Notes under the pieces: generated by a model | Database searches by the model: none | Told to the model about the DNA's origin: nothing | The model's input: the letters and a program-made list of their open reading frames with translations, nothing else | Assembly (NCBI GenBank): GCA_964474435.1 | Contig: CAYYSI010000001.1 | Location: 126,647-190,646, forward strand | Origin: an uncultured Candidatus Saccharibacteria bacterium | Lineage (GTDB): Bacteria > Patescibacteriota > Minisyncoccia > Phycocordibacterales > UBA9973 | Reading direction: 5' to 3' | Length of the DNA stretch: 64,000 bases | Part shown: one piece after another, positions 18,809-28,115 of the stretch | Numbering within the stretch: position 1 is the first letter of the stretch | Layout of the letters: every line of letters begins with the position of its first letter | Position numbers and translations under genes: made by a program

Positions 18809-18838
18809 CAAAAAGCACTTTTAAAAAGTGCTTTTTTT
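18809..18838. terminator. Intrinsic terminator
   Basis: aaaagcacttt-taaaa-agtgcttttttt. Confidence 0.6.
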
Positions 18839-18869
18839 ATTACTCAATTTTTGCTAAAGTACTGTCATT

Positions 18870-20636
18870 ATGACCTCCTCACAAATCCGTAAGCGTTTCC
18901 TCGATTTTTTTGCCAAGCGTGGGCATGCCATTTTGCCATCGGCTTCGCTCGTGCCCAAGAACGATCCATCAGTACTCTTTAATACTGCAGGTATGCAGCC
19001 ACTCGTCCCATACCTTATGGGCGAGAAACATCCACTGGGCAATCGTCTCGCAAGTTGTCAGAAATGCGTACGCACAGGCGATATCGATGACGTGGGTGAT
19101 GCACGCCATCTGATCTTTTTTGAAATGCTTGGCAACTGGTCACTGGGAGATTATTTCAAAGAGGACGCGATCAAGTGGAGTTACGAATTTTTAACTTCAA
19201 AAGAAGAAGGACTTGGGCTTGATCCAGCACGACTCTATGTGACTGTGTTTGAAGGCGATGCTGATGCACCACGCGATATGGAAGCAGTAGAAATCTGGAA
19301 GCAGTACATCCCAGAAAACCGTATCTACTTTTTACCAAAGAAAAATAACTGGTGGAGCGCAGGGGACAACGGACCGTGTGGACCTGATACTGAAATGTTT
19401 TATGACGTGACGGGCACGCTGGGTGACATGACACATGAGCAATATGTCGCCGCAGATGATCGCGGTGATGTTGTGGAAATATGGAATGATGTCTTCATGC
19501 AATACCTTTCAAAAGATGGAAAAGTCGTTGGGCAACTTCCACAAAAAAATATCGATACAGGGAGTGGTCTTGAACGCATCTCGATGATTGTGCAAGGGAA
19601 GTCAAATGTCTATGAAGCGGATATGTTTGCGCCGATTATAGAGCAAATTAAAAATGATTCGAAAAGCTACAATGAGCGTAGTGCTCGTATTGTTGCTGAC
19701 CATGTCAAAAGTGTTGCAATGATCATTGCAGATGGTGTACGACCAGCTAATAAGGATCAGGGATATATTGTGCGGCGACTTCTTCGTCGTGCGCTTGTGC
19801 AAGGTAGAAAAATGGGAATGACTATTGATGGCAATTTCTTTACACCACTTCTCAATATTATTTTTGATATATACAGAGATACTTCATATTTTGTATCTGA
19901 AACAGTGCCAGCATCAGGAAAAGAAGCTGATTGCGTTGGCTTTATGAGTGCTGAGGCAGATAAGTTTAGTAAAACTCTCGAATCAGGACTCAAAGAATTT
20001 GAAAAAGGTGCTGATCCATTTATCCTTGCAACAACATACGGTTTCCCAATTGAACTTACGCTCGAACTCGCACAAGAAAAGGGAATTGAGATTGATCGTG
20101 CGGCGTTTGATACACAAATGAAAGCTCATCAAGACGCATCTCGCGCAGGTGCTGAGCAAAAGTTCAAAGGGGGACTTGCAAATACGTCTGAGATCACAAC
20201 GAAGCTCCACACCGCACATCACTTGCTCCTCAAGGCATTGCAAGAAGTCGTATCTCCAGACATTCATCAAAAAGGAAGTAATATCACCGAAGAACGTCTA
20301 CGTCTCGACTTCAACTTCGATCGCAAACTCACTGATGAAGAAAAACAAAAAGTAGAAGACCTCGTCAATGAAAAGATCCAAGAGGACCTCATCGTCACCA
20401 AAAAAGAAATGCCAAAGGCAGAAGCAGAAAAAATTGGTGCAGAAATGGAATTTGGGACGACATATCCCGACATTGTATCGGTCTATATGATCCATGACGC
20501 AAACGACAAAGTATTCTCACAAGAATTTTGTGGTGGACCACACGTCACCCATACAGGCGCACTCGGCGTATTCAAAATCCAAAAAGAAGAAGCATCAAGT
20601 GCTGGTGTACGTCGTATCAAGGCAACCTTGCAATAA
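18870..20636 (+). CDS. alaS: Alanyl-tRNA synthetase, short form lacking the C-Ala domain
   Basis: Class II AlaRS N-terminus (RKRFLDFFAKRGH, FNTAGM), editing-domain HTAHHLL and CGGPHV motifs. Only 588 aa. Confidence 0.85.
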   Translation: MTSSQIRKRFLDFFAKRGHAILPSASLVPKNDPSVLFNTAGMQPLVPYLMGEKHPLGNRLASCQKCVRTGDIDDVGDARHLIFFEMLGNWSLGDYFKEDAIKWSYEFLTSKEEGLGLDPARLYVTVFEGDADAPRDMEAVEIWKQYIPENRIYFLPKKNNWWSAGDNGPCGPDTEMFYDVTGTLGDMTHEQYVAADDRGDVVEIWNDVFMQYLSKDGKVVGQLPQKNIDTGSGLERISMIVQGKSNVYEADMFAPIIEQIKNDSKSYNERSARIVADHVKSVAMIIADGVRPANKDQGYIVRRLLRRALVQGRKMGMTIDGNFFTPLLNIIFDIYRDTSYFVSETVPASGKEADCVGFMSAEADKFSKTLESGLKEFEKGADPFILATTYGFPIELTLELAQEKGIEIDRAAFDTQMKAHQDASRAGAEQKFKGGLANTSEITTKLHTAHHLLLKALQEVVSPDIHQKGSNITEERLRLDFNFDRKLTDEEKQKVEDLVNEKIQEDLIVTKKEMPKAEAEKIGAEMEFGTTYPDIVSVYMIHDANDKVFSQEFCGGPHVTHTGALGVFKIQKEEASSAGVRRIKATLQ

Positions 20637-20640
20637 AAAT

Positions 20641-20675
20641 TGCTCCACTATATGGAGCAATTTATTTTCTTTAAA
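20641..20675. terminator. Bidirectional intrinsic terminator
   Basis: attgctcca-ctatat-ggagcaat with an A-run before and a T-run after. Confidence 0.6.
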
Positions 20676-20679
20676 GATC

Positions 20680-21114
20680 TTAATCTTCAACTGGCATTTT
20701 TGAATCATAATCGACGCGAAAATATATTTCGTCGCCATTGAACCCATTTCCGTTTTCACTGAAGAAAACTATTTGAGGAACTTCATTCATCAGTTTTTTT
20801 GCAAATGATTTAATATCTTCTTTTGAAGAAAATGTGAATCCATTGCTTGATAAAACTTCCTTGGAAATGATAATAGTCTTACCTTTCCCATAGTCACTGT
20901 ATACTGCTTCGTTGACTGAATGTAAAAGTAAGCATTGAATAAAAGATGGCTCAAAACCTGAATTGTGCGGGACGGTCGGAAGTTCCAAAAACCTACTAAC
21001 TTCGTTATCCTTTGTTTTAAAAAGGATCCGGGTAGAAAGCTGTTCTATAGCTAATATGACAGTTGAGATACCAGCGGCTTTAGCTCTTACTTCATCAAGA
21101 GAATATTTATTCAT
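20680..21114 (-). CDS. Hypothetical protein (145 aa), low GC
   Basis: ATG at 21114 (MNKYSLDEV...). The track ORF extends to 21432 through alternative starts and overlaps the pilM-like gene, so the shorter call is preferred. Confidence 0.45.
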   Translation of the reverse strand: MNKYSLDEVRAKAAGISTVILAIEQLSTRILFKTKDNEVSRFLELPTVPHNSGFEPSFIQCLLLHSVNEAVYSDYGKGKTIIISKEVLSSNGFTFSSKEDIKSFAKKLMNEVPQIVFFSENGNGFNGDEIYFRVDYDSKMPVED

Positions 21115-21186
21115 AAAATGTGTTTTTTTGTTTGAAATGAACACTATCACTATCATTGTGTAAGTCAAGGATGCTATACTTTCTGC

Positions 21187-22353
21187 ATGACGTCTTCGAA
21201 ACAGGGCAACGTGTTTGCTGTATATGATATGAGCTCGAGCTCTGTTGCCGGAGGGCATGTGCTTGCGACACATGGCACGAACAACACCGTGTTCCTTGCT
21301 GCTGCACGCAAGAACGCGCCGCTCCAAGAAGACATGGACATGCAGCGCTTCGTCGAGGACACCTGTAAACAACTCCATGAAGTGATTACAACGATTCGCA
21401 AACAAGACCTTCATCAGCCATCCTACATCCAAGTAACCCTCGCGTCTCCGTGGTACACTTCACAGACGCGCACTATTTCGTATCAAAAAGAACTACCGTT
21501 TACTTGCACTCAAAGTCTCGTTGACTCACTCATTGATGCAGAGATCAAGCACATCCTCGCCAACGAAGAAGGCTCCTTTGGTGCATTTGGCAAAGAGTCC
21601 ATCATTGTCGAGAAACAGCTCTCGGGTATCACCCTCAACGGCTACGCAACTACTGCACCCTTTGGCAAAGAGGCGACGACACTTGAGCTCTATCTGACGA
21701 TCACCATCGCACCCAAGCCCATCCTTGATCGGTTCAAAGATGTCATCAAGCGCGAGTACGGTACACGACGCATTGGATTTACGACGAGCCCGTTTACAAC
21801 CTTTGTGGTCATGCGCGATCGTATGGATACCAACGAAGACTGTGTCGTTATCGATGTGGGCGAAGAAGTAACTGATGTCGCATTTATCAAAGGCGGCATT
21901 ATGCGCTACCAGCATTCATTTCCTGTCGGCACCTACGGCCTCTATAGGGCACTTGCAGATGAAACAACGAGTACAACTGCTGAATCAATGGCGCTCCTCG
22001 AGTCATATCGTCTCGGCAAGCTCTCGGCTCATGCAAAGGCAAAGGTTGCCGGAGCTATACAAGCATTTCAGACCAAGTGGCAGACATGGTTTCGACAGAT
22101 TCTCGACACAGGTGAATACGGTTTCGTCATGCCTTCATCATGTATCGTCACTGCAGATCCTCGCTTTGAATCACTTTTGGTAACCGCGGTCAAAAATGAT
22201 GCCTTTATCAAACATGCAACTGCTCGCGCGCCGATGACGGTCATGTTTATGGATCAAGGTACCTTTGATACACACGTGCTGCCAGCTGAAGGCATGCCAA
22301 TCGACATTCCACTTGCCACCAGCGCGCTTTTTGTTGAACAAGTTCTATATTAA
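21187..22353 (+). CDS. PilM-like actin-fold ATPase (type IV pilus assembly / FtsA-like)
   Basis: NVFAVYDMSSSSVAGGHVL and VVIDVGEEVTDVAFIKGG resemble the PilM/FtsA phosphate-binding loops. It is distinct from the bona fide ftsA at 458-1630. Confidence 0.55.
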   Translation: MTSSKQGNVFAVYDMSSSSVAGGHVLATHGTNNTVFLAAARKNAPLQEDMDMQRFVEDTCKQLHEVITTIRKQDLHQPSYIQVTLASPWYTSQTRTISYQKELPFTCTQSLVDSLIDAEIKHILANEEGSFGAFGKESIIVEKQLSGITLNGYATTAPFGKEATTLELYLTITIAPKPILDRFKDVIKREYGTRRIGFTTSPFTTFVVMRDRMDTNEDCVVIDVGEEVTDVAFIKGGIMRYQHSFPVGTYGLYRALADETTSTTAESMALLESYRLGKLSAHAKAKVAGAIQAFQTKWQTWFRQILDTGEYGFVMPSSCIVTADPRFESLLVTAVKNDAFIKHATARAPMTVMFMDQGTFDTHVLPAEGMPIDIPLATSALFVEQVLY

Positions 22354-22362
22354 AATAGCTAT

Positions 22363-23631
22363 ATGAAGCTCTACGATGTTATTCGCAAAGAAAATCAGAC
22401 CAAGGGCAAACCATTGCCCGAGATTCCAAAGCTTGATCGAGAAGGCAACCATGTTCCTCATGGAGTAGTCAAACATCCGCGACCCTCACGCATTCGCCAT
22501 ATCATCACGGTCGGAGTCGCTGTCTTGTTCGTGGTACTCCTCTATATCATCGGCATGAAGGTAGTGCATGCCAAGGTCGTCATTGTCGAGCGCCGCGTCC
22601 CTTTTACACTCAATAATGTAGAGTTCGAACTCGTCCACGAAGAAGACGCCACGGGTGGAAGGCTCGCATTTCAGACAATGGTAGTGCCGACCGAAGTCTC
22701 TCGCCAAGTCTATGGTTCCCAAGTTGACCAAAGCAACACACTCGCACGCGGCAAGATCGTCATATTTAATGAATACAGCACCAAGGCACAGACCATAAAG
22801 TCCGGCACAACGATCACTGGCACGAACGGCAAGACATACAAAACTCAGGCTGCTGCAACGGTCCCTGGCTACACCACCAAGGACAAGAAAAAGGTGGCAG
22901 GTACTTCTCCTGCAATCCCAATCCTTGCCACAGCTGCAGGGGATGCGTACAACACGAGTGGTACAACCTTTACGATCGCAGGCTGGACAGGCAGCAAGGC
23001 AAAGCAGCTATACGCACAGTCATCAGGATCGATCTCAGGTGGAGGAGAGGGTGCGACACACAGCGTTTCTGATGCTGACAAGTCCGATGTCGTCGCAACG
23101 CTTCAGTCTCAGCTCATCGAGCGCCTCAAACGCGAAACTCGTGCCCAAATCCCTGATACACTCATTGCGTTTCCAGATCTCCAGGTGACGACGATCGATA
23201 GCGAATCCCTACAACTCAAAGGGACGAGCTTCAAATTCCCAGCAAGTATCAAAGGCACGATGGTGACCTACCTCATCTCTCGTGACCTCCTCGAAAGTGC
23301 GATCGCGCACGAAGCGCTCTCCGAGCATACGTATGCCAACGTCACCATCCCAAGTCTCGGAGATCTCGTCGTTGAGCCAGTAACCGCACTCCCGACTGAC
23401 CCCAAAAATATCCCCGAGACTATCAAAGTCCGGATTTCAGGCCAGGGCACTATCATTACCAAGGCGCCCGTCGAGCAAATCAAAGAATCCATTGTCGGCC
23501 GACCCAAGCATGACTTCGCACGTATCCTTGCCGAAGTACCCGAAGTCGACACTGCGCAATACCATTTTTATCCCTTTTGGGCGCCGTTTTTCCCGAACCT
23601 CGACAGTCGTATAACAATTGAAGTCAAATAA
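22363..23631 (+). CDS. Single-pass membrane protein downstream of the pilM-like gene (possible PilN/O-like partner)
   Basis: 45-aa cytoplasmic N-term, TM ITVGVAVLFVVLLYIIG, then a large T/G-rich extracytoplasmic domain. Sits 10 nt downstream of the pilM-like gene. Confidence 0.45.
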   Translation: MKLYDVIRKENQTKGKPLPEIPKLDREGNHVPHGVVKHPRPSRIRHIITVGVAVLFVVLLYIIGMKVVHAKVVIVERRVPFTLNNVEFELVHEEDATGGRLAFQTMVVPTEVSRQVYGSQVDQSNTLARGKIVIFNEYSTKAQTIKSGTTITGTNGKTYKTQAAATVPGYTTKDKKKVAGTSPAIPILATAAGDAYNTSGTTFTIAGWTGSKAKQLYAQSSGSISGGGEGATHSVSDADKSDVVATLQSQLIERLKRETRAQIPDTLIAFPDLQVTTIDSESLQLKGTSFKFPASIKGTMVTYLISRDLLESAIAHEALSEHTYANVTIPSLGDLVVEPVTALPTDPKNIPETIKVRISGQGTIITKAPVEQIKESIVGRPKHDFARILAEVPEVDTAQYHFYPFWAPFFPNLDSRITIEVK

Positions 23632-23634
23632 GAG

Positions 23635-23663
23635 TTGACCACGGCCTTCGGCTATAGTATTAT
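23635..23663. promoter_or_regulatory. Sigma-70-like promoter TTGACC-17-TATTAT upstream of infA
   Basis: Read directly. infA starts 16 nt downstream. Confidence 0.5.
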
Positions 23664-23678
23664 TGAAATTCGTAACCC

Positions 23679-23888
23679 ATGGCAACCACACAAGATGCAG
23701 TAAAAGCGACCGTTGCAGAAGCACTTCCAAACACTATGTTTCGAGTGACCCTTGAAAATGGGGATGTGATTGTCGCGTACCTTGCCGGCAAGATGCGTCT
23801 GCACCGCATCAAGGTATTGGTCGGGGACAACGTGGATGTCGTCATGGATCCCTATGGTGGAAAAGGACGTATTGTCAGACGGTCATAG
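23679..23888 (+). CDS. infA: Translation initiation factor IF-1
   Basis: [25 protein letters not shown]...GRIVRR matches IF-1 almost motif-for-motif. Confidence 0.95.
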   Translation: MATTQDAVKATVAEALPNTMFRVTLENGDVIVAYLAGKMRLHRIKVLVGDNVDVVMDPYGGKGRIVRRS

Positions 23889-23941
23889 ATAGTGTATACT
23901 CTCCCGGCTACAAATTTGGGAGGACAAAACCTTTTATTTTT

Positions 23942-24052
23942 ATGAAAATCAGATCAACAGTCAAAAAAATGTGTGACAAGTGCAAGATTGTAAAACGCAA
24001 TCGTCATTTGCATGTGATCTGCGATAACCCAAAGCACAAACAGAAACAATAA
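23942..24052 (+). CDS. rpmJ: 50S ribosomal protein L36 (not in the supplied track)
   Basis: Translation [36 protein letters not shown] (36 aa) matches the L36 zinc ribbon. Confidence 0.9.
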   Translation: MKIRSTVKKMCDKCKIVKRNRHLHVICDNPKHKQKQ

Positions 24053-24059
24053 GATTTAT

Positions 24060-24440
24060 ATGCGTATCCTAGGTATAACTATCCCAAACGAAAAACGTCT
24101 CGACATCGGGCTCACCACGCTCTACGGTATTGGTACTGCAACTGCAACCAAGATCCTCAAGCAAGTTGGCGTTGATCCAAGCACTAAAGGCAAGGACATC
24201 TCTATTGACCAAGAGCGAGCGATCACCAAGTCAATCGAAGAGCGCACTATCGAAGGAAACCTCAAGCGTGAGATTGCCGGAAATGTAAAGCGTCTCAAGG
24301 ACATCAAGGCATATCGTGGCATCCGTCACATGCGCCGATTGCCAGTCAAGGGTCAGCGCACCAAGACCAACTCTCGTACTGTTCGCGGCAATGTCCGCAA
24401 CACTATGGGAAGTGGTCGTCGTAAGGAAAGTAAAACATAA
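24060..24440 (+). CDS. rpsM: 30S ribosomal protein S13
   Basis: MRILGITIPNEKRLDIGLTTLYGIG. Confidence 0.95.
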   Translation: MRILGITIPNEKRLDIGLTTLYGIGTATATKILKQVGVDPSTKGKDISIDQERAITKSIEERTIEGNLKREIAGNVKRLKDIKAYRGIRHMRRLPVKGQRTKTNSRTVRGNVRNTMGSGRRKESKT

Positions 24441-24446
24441 TCATTT

Positions 24447-24881
24447 ATGGGAAAGAAACGAATCACAAACCAAGAAGGACAGCTCGTTGATGCAAATCGC
24501 GGTCGTGGTGGTGCTGCCCGCACTACTAAAAAGAAGCTTACGATCGGTATGCTCGCTATTGAAGCAACATTCAACAACACCAAGGCAGTCGTTAGTGATC
24601 CCAAGGGGAATGTCCTTTTTTGGTCTTCAGCTGGATCGCTCGGCTTCAAGGGTGCAAAGAAGGGAACTCCGTTTGCAGCCTCAAAGGTAGGTGAAATCCT
24701 TGCCGAAAAGGCAACCGCTGCTGGTATCAAGGAGGTCAGTGTCGTCGTTACGGGGGTTGGTTCAGGTCGCGAACCGCTCATCCGTGCGTTTATTGGAGGA
24801 GGTATTGAGCTCTTGTCGATCAAGGATCGCACACCAGTGCCACACAACGGTCCCAAGGCCAAGAAGCCTCGACGAGTCTAA
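24447..24881 (+). CDS. rpsK: 30S ribosomal protein S11
   Basis: IEATFNNTKAVVSDPKGNVLFWSSAGSLGFKGAKKGTPFAA. Confidence 0.95.
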   Translation: MGKKRITNQEGQLVDANRGRGGAARTTKKKLTIGMLAIEATFNNTKAVVSDPKGNVLFWSSAGSLGFKGAKKGTPFAASKVGEILAEKATAAGIKEVSVVVTGVGSGREPLIRAFIGGGIELLSIKDRTPVPHNGPKAKKPRRV

Positions 24882-24895
24882 TTAATTTAAATACT

Positions 24896-25501
24896 ATGAA
24901 TGTAACTGCAAAATACAAAATGTGTCGTCGTCTCGGAACTGGTGTCTACGAAAAGTGCCAGACGCAAAAATACACGCAATCAGAAATGAAGAAGAGTAAA
25001 TCTTCTGGCAAGCGCCCAAAGCAGCTCTCTGACTACGGTCGCCAGCTCATCGAAAAGCAGAAAGTTCGATTTTCATATGGTATTTCAGAACGACAGCTCG
25101 GCAACTACGTTGAAAAGGCAGCACACATCAAGGGCATGCCTGTGACTGACAAGCTTTACGAACTCCTCGAAACTCGCCTCGACAACGTCATCTATCGTCT
25201 CGGATTTGCAAGTACACGACGCTTTGCGCGACAGCTCGCATCTCACGGCCACTTCACGGTCAATGGTACCAAGGTGACGATCCCGTCACTGGAAGTAAAG
25301 ATCGGAGACGTGATCGCAGTGCGAGAAGGTTCAAAGAAGAGTGTGATATTTGCTGACCTCAAGAAAAAGCTCGAGACGTACACTTGGCCAACCTGGCTCA
25401 AGTTTACCCCTGAGGCAATGAGTGCAGAGGTGGTTGCAAAGCCAAAAAATGACGAGCAGTTCTTGCAATTAGAAACGGTGCTTGAGTTCTATAGTCGTTA
25501 A
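24896..25501 (+). CDS. rpsD: 30S ribosomal protein S4
   Basis: S4 N-terminal and S4 RNA-binding domain (VDNVIYRLGFASTRRFARQLASHGHFTVNG). Confidence 0.9.
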   Translation: MNVTAKYKMCRRLGTGVYEKCQTQKYTQSEMKKSKSSGKRPKQLSDYGRQLIEKQKVRFSYGISERQLGNYVEKAAHIKGMPVTDKLYELLETRLDNVIYRLGFASTRRFARQLASHGHFTVNGTKVTIPSLEVKIGDVIAVREGSKKSVIFADLKKKLETYTWPTWLKFTPEAMSAEVVAKPKNDEQFLQLETVLEFYSR

Positions 25502-25513
25502 TAGGACACGGAC

Positions 25514-26554
25514 TTGGAGAATTTACAAGTTAATGGTACAATTGATTTTCATATGAGTGAACAAAAAATAATCCTTCCATCAAAACCTAAAGCAACCTTC
25601 GAAGAAGGTAATCGTGGCGTATTTGAAATTGACGGTCTCGTTCCAGGATACGGGTACACCCTCGGCAACTCACTTCGCCGCATCATCCTTTCATCACTTT
25701 CTGGTGCTGCTATTACCTCAGTCAAAATCGATGGTGTGAGCCACGAATTCGCAACAATGGACGGTATCAAAGAAGACGTCATCACAATGCTTTTGAACCT
25801 CAAGAACGTTCGCTTTGCCCTCACGACTGACGAACCCCAAAAGGTGACTCTTTCTGCAAAAGGTCCCAAGGTAGTCACTGCTGCAGACATCAATGCAAAA
25901 GGCATGGTATCAGTTGCAAATCCTGATCAATACATCTGTGAAATCACTTCAAAGGCTGGTATCAACGCAGAGATCACTATCGAACGTGGACTCGGATTCG
26001 TTCCTCGCGAAGCACACCACAAGCAAAAGGCTGACATCGGTACGATCTTCCTCGATGCGATCTTTTCTCCTATCCGTCGCGTGAGCTACGATGTAGAAGA
26101 AATGCGTGTTGGCGACAAGACCAACTTCAACCGACTTCGTTTGACTATCGAAACTGATGGTACTATCTCTCCTCGTGAAGCACTTGAACAGTCAGTACAG
26201 ACTATGATCGAACAGCTTGCAGCGATCGTATCAGTTGATGCACAAGCCGCTATCGACGAAGTACAGTCTCGTATGACCGTCAAGGCTCCAGTGATGACTG
26301 ACTCTGCCGAAGAGTCAGGAGCAGCAGGTGCCGAAGATGATGTCGATGTGACCGATGTGCTCAAAAACCGCATCGACTCTATCGGACTCTCAACTCGTAC
26401 ATTGAACGCGCTCTCAGCGGCAAATATCCGCACTGTCGGAGGTATTGCACGCAAGCATGTCAACGACTTGCTCGAGATCGACGGCATTGGCGACAAGGGG
26501 ATTACAGAGATCAAGGAAGCACTTGCAGCCTTCGACTTGTCTTTGAAGGATTAA
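25514..26554 (+). CDS. rpoA: DNA-directed RNA polymerase subunit alpha
   Basis: NTD (GYGYTLGNSLRRIILSSL) and CTD (LSTRTLNALSAANIRTVG). Conserved position after rpsD. Confidence 0.9.
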   Translation: MENLQVNGTIDFHMSEQKIILPSKPKATFEEGNRGVFEIDGLVPGYGYTLGNSLRRIILSSLSGAAITSVKIDGVSHEFATMDGIKEDVITMLLNLKNVRFALTTDEPQKVTLSAKGPKVVTAADINAKGMVSVANPDQYICEITSKAGINAEITIERGLGFVPREAHHKQKADIGTIFLDAIFSPIRRVSYDVEEMRVGDKTNFNRLRLTIETDGTISPREALEQSVQTMIEQLAAIVSVDAQAAIDEVQSRMTVKAPVMTDSAEESGAAGAEDDVDVTDVLKNRIDSIGLSTRTLNALSAANIRTVGGIARKHVNDLLEIDGIGDKGITEIKEALAAFDLSLKD

Positions 26555-26574
26555 TAGAGTATAAAGAGGTACTT

Positions 26575-26931
26575 ATGCGACACGCAAACAATGTGAGAAA
26601 ATTTGGACGAGAAAAGAACGGACGCATTGCGCTCATCCGTGGTTTGGCTGCGTCTCTCATCTCACATGGTCGTATCCTCACAACTGAAGCCAAGGCAAAG
26701 GAAATCCGCCCAACTGTCGAAAAGATGGTTACCAAGGCCAAGAATCCAACTCTTGCAAACCGCCGACTCCTTCTCTCAGGTCTCTACAACAACGAACTCG
26801 TTGTCTCAAAGCTTATTGATGATGTCGCGCCAAAGTATGCAGAACGAGCAGGTGGATACACTCGTATCACTAAGCTCGTTGCTCGCAAGAGCGATGGTAG
26901 CCCGATGGCAGTAATCGAATTTGTCGCATAA
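26575..26931 (+). CDS. rplQ: 50S ribosomal protein L17
   Basis: MRHANNVRKFGREKNGRIALIRGLAASLISHGRILTT. Confidence 0.9.
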   Translation: MRHANNVRKFGREKNGRIALIRGLAASLISHGRILTTEAKAKEIRPTVEKMVTKAKNPTLANRRLLLSGLYNNELVVSKLIDDVAPKYAERAGGYTRITKLVARKSDGSPMAVIEFVA

Positions 26932-26942
26932 TTTCTTGATAT

Positions 26943-27287
26943 ATGAACCACACTATTGATGCAACAAACAAATCTCTCGGTCGTGTCGCTACAGAAGTAG
27001 CAAGCATTTTGCAAGGCAAAAATGAGGCTTCATTTGCTCGCAACACAGTGTCAGAGAACACTGTCACTGTGACCAACGCTTCAAAGCTCAAAGTTGATCC
27101 ACGCAAGATGCTCGAAAAGACCTACAACTCTTTCTCTGGATATCCAGGTGGACTCAAGCAGTCAACAATGCAGCATGTGACTGATACCAAGGGATTCAAA
27201 GAAGTTTTGTCTCTCGCCATCAAAGGCATGCTCCCAAGCAACCGCCTTCGCAACGACATGATGAAGCACCTCACGATCACCGAATAA
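26943..27287 (+). CDS. rplM: 50S ribosomal protein L13
   Basis: L13 fold (SLGRVATEVASILQGK...AIKGMLPSNRL). Confidence 0.85.
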   Translation: MNHTIDATNKSLGRVATEVASILQGKNEASFARNTVSENTVTVTNASKLKVDPRKMLEKTYNSFSGYPGGLKQSTMQHVTDTKGFKEVLSLAIKGMLPSNRLRNDMMKHLTITE

Positions 27288-27299
27288 TTTAAATAATAT

Positions 27300-27701
27300 A
27301 TGGCAACTACAGCAACAAAGAAATACATCGAAACTATCGGCCGACGCAAGACTGCTACTGCTCGCGTGCGCATCACTCCTGCTACAAAGGCTAGCTACAC
27401 CATCAATGACCTCGCACTCGAAACATATTTCCCAACAGCAGAGCTCCAAAAGATCGTTACAGATCCATTCAAGGTTGCTGAGAAGGCATATGCAGTGACA
27501 GTACTCGTCAAAGGTTCTGGTATTCACTCACAGGCCGAAGCAGTACGACACGGTATCTCTCGAGGTTTGGTCAAAGAAGATGAATCTGACAAGACCAAGC
27601 TCAAATCAGAAGGCTTCCTTAAGCGTGATCCACGATCAAAGGAACGACGCAAATTCGGTCTCAAAAAGGCTCGAAAGGCGCCTCAGTGGTCAAAGCGTTA
27701 A
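27300..27701 (+). CDS. rpsI: 30S ribosomal protein S9
   Basis: C-terminal KRDPRSKERRKFGLKKARKAPQWSKR. Confidence 0.9.
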   Translation: MATTATKKYIETIGRRKTATARVRITPATKASYTINDLALETYFPTAELQKIVTDPFKVAEKAYAVTVLVKGSGIHSQAEAVRHGISRGLVKEDESDKTKLKSEGFLKRDPRSKERRKFGLKKARKAPQWSKR

Positions 27702-27713
27702 TACTCTCAAAAG

Positions 27714-27737
27714 ATCTCCAAAAGGAGGTTTTTTGTT
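27714..27737. terminator. Intrinsic terminator after rpsI
   Basis: ctcc-aaaa-ggag followed by ttttttgtttg. Confidence 0.5.
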
Positions 27738-27764
27738 TGACCCAGTGCATATCTTTTGCTAGTA
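27736..27764. promoter_or_regulatory. Near-consensus promoter TTGACC-17-TAGTAT
   Basis: Read directly. It drives the ORF-less unit below. Confidence 0.5.
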
Positions 27765-27770
27765 TCCATT

Positions 27771-28115
27771 TAACAAGTGTTTTCGCGAAAGCGGACTAAA
27801 ACCTGAAATCTTCGAAGGATGTGCCTTTGATAGGACATAAGGTCGGTTCTTTACACAATAAAGATATGAACATATCAGTGTATTTATATCGAAAGGTTGA
27901 TCCAGTTACAGATCATCTAGTTCGCGAGAGGGGTGACACCCAGACCAATGGTTAAGGCCGTTAACAAGAAATTAAGAAGGTGCGCGGAGTACCAAATTAA
28001 ATTCCAAGAGGCAAATGCCCGCCGATACTTTGGGGGATAGCTGAATTTTTTTAATTCGTCTGATCTCGGTAGTAAAAACACACTTTTAAAGAGCCTGTTA
28101 TACAGGCTTTTTTTA
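27771..28115 (+). ncRNA. Candidate structured non-coding RNA (unclassified), about 345 nt between a strong promoter and an intrinsic terminator
   Basis: No ORF longer than 29 aa on + and no SD-like start. Local hairpins present (tcgcg-aaa-gcgga). Ends with agcctgt-tata-acaggc followed by T7 (28092-28115). RNase P, tmRNA and SRP signature strings not found by eye. Confidence 0.35.

Noticed and set aside
18798-18870. T-box leader upstream of aaRS genes (alaS, lysS, trpS, aspS, cysS)
   Set aside because: The upstream regions are only 12-80 nt, too short for a T-box riboswitch (about 200-300 nt).
20680-21432. Full 250-aa extent of the minus-strand track ORF
   Set aside because: Its 5' 106 codons overlap the N-terminus of the pilM-like gene and begin at a non-ATG start. 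An internal ATG at 21114 gives a compact 145-aa gene consistent with the divergent intergenic promoter region.
27771-28115. Tried to assign the ORF-less unit to tmRNA, RNase P RNA or SRP RNA
   Set aside because: By eye I could not find a tmRNA-like tag reading frame ending in a TAA stop or a tRNA-like GGTTCGA...CCA end, the P4 strings GGAAAGUCCGG / ACAGAA..GGCUUA, or the SRP domain-IV GGUCCGGAAGGAAGCAGC. The class is left open.
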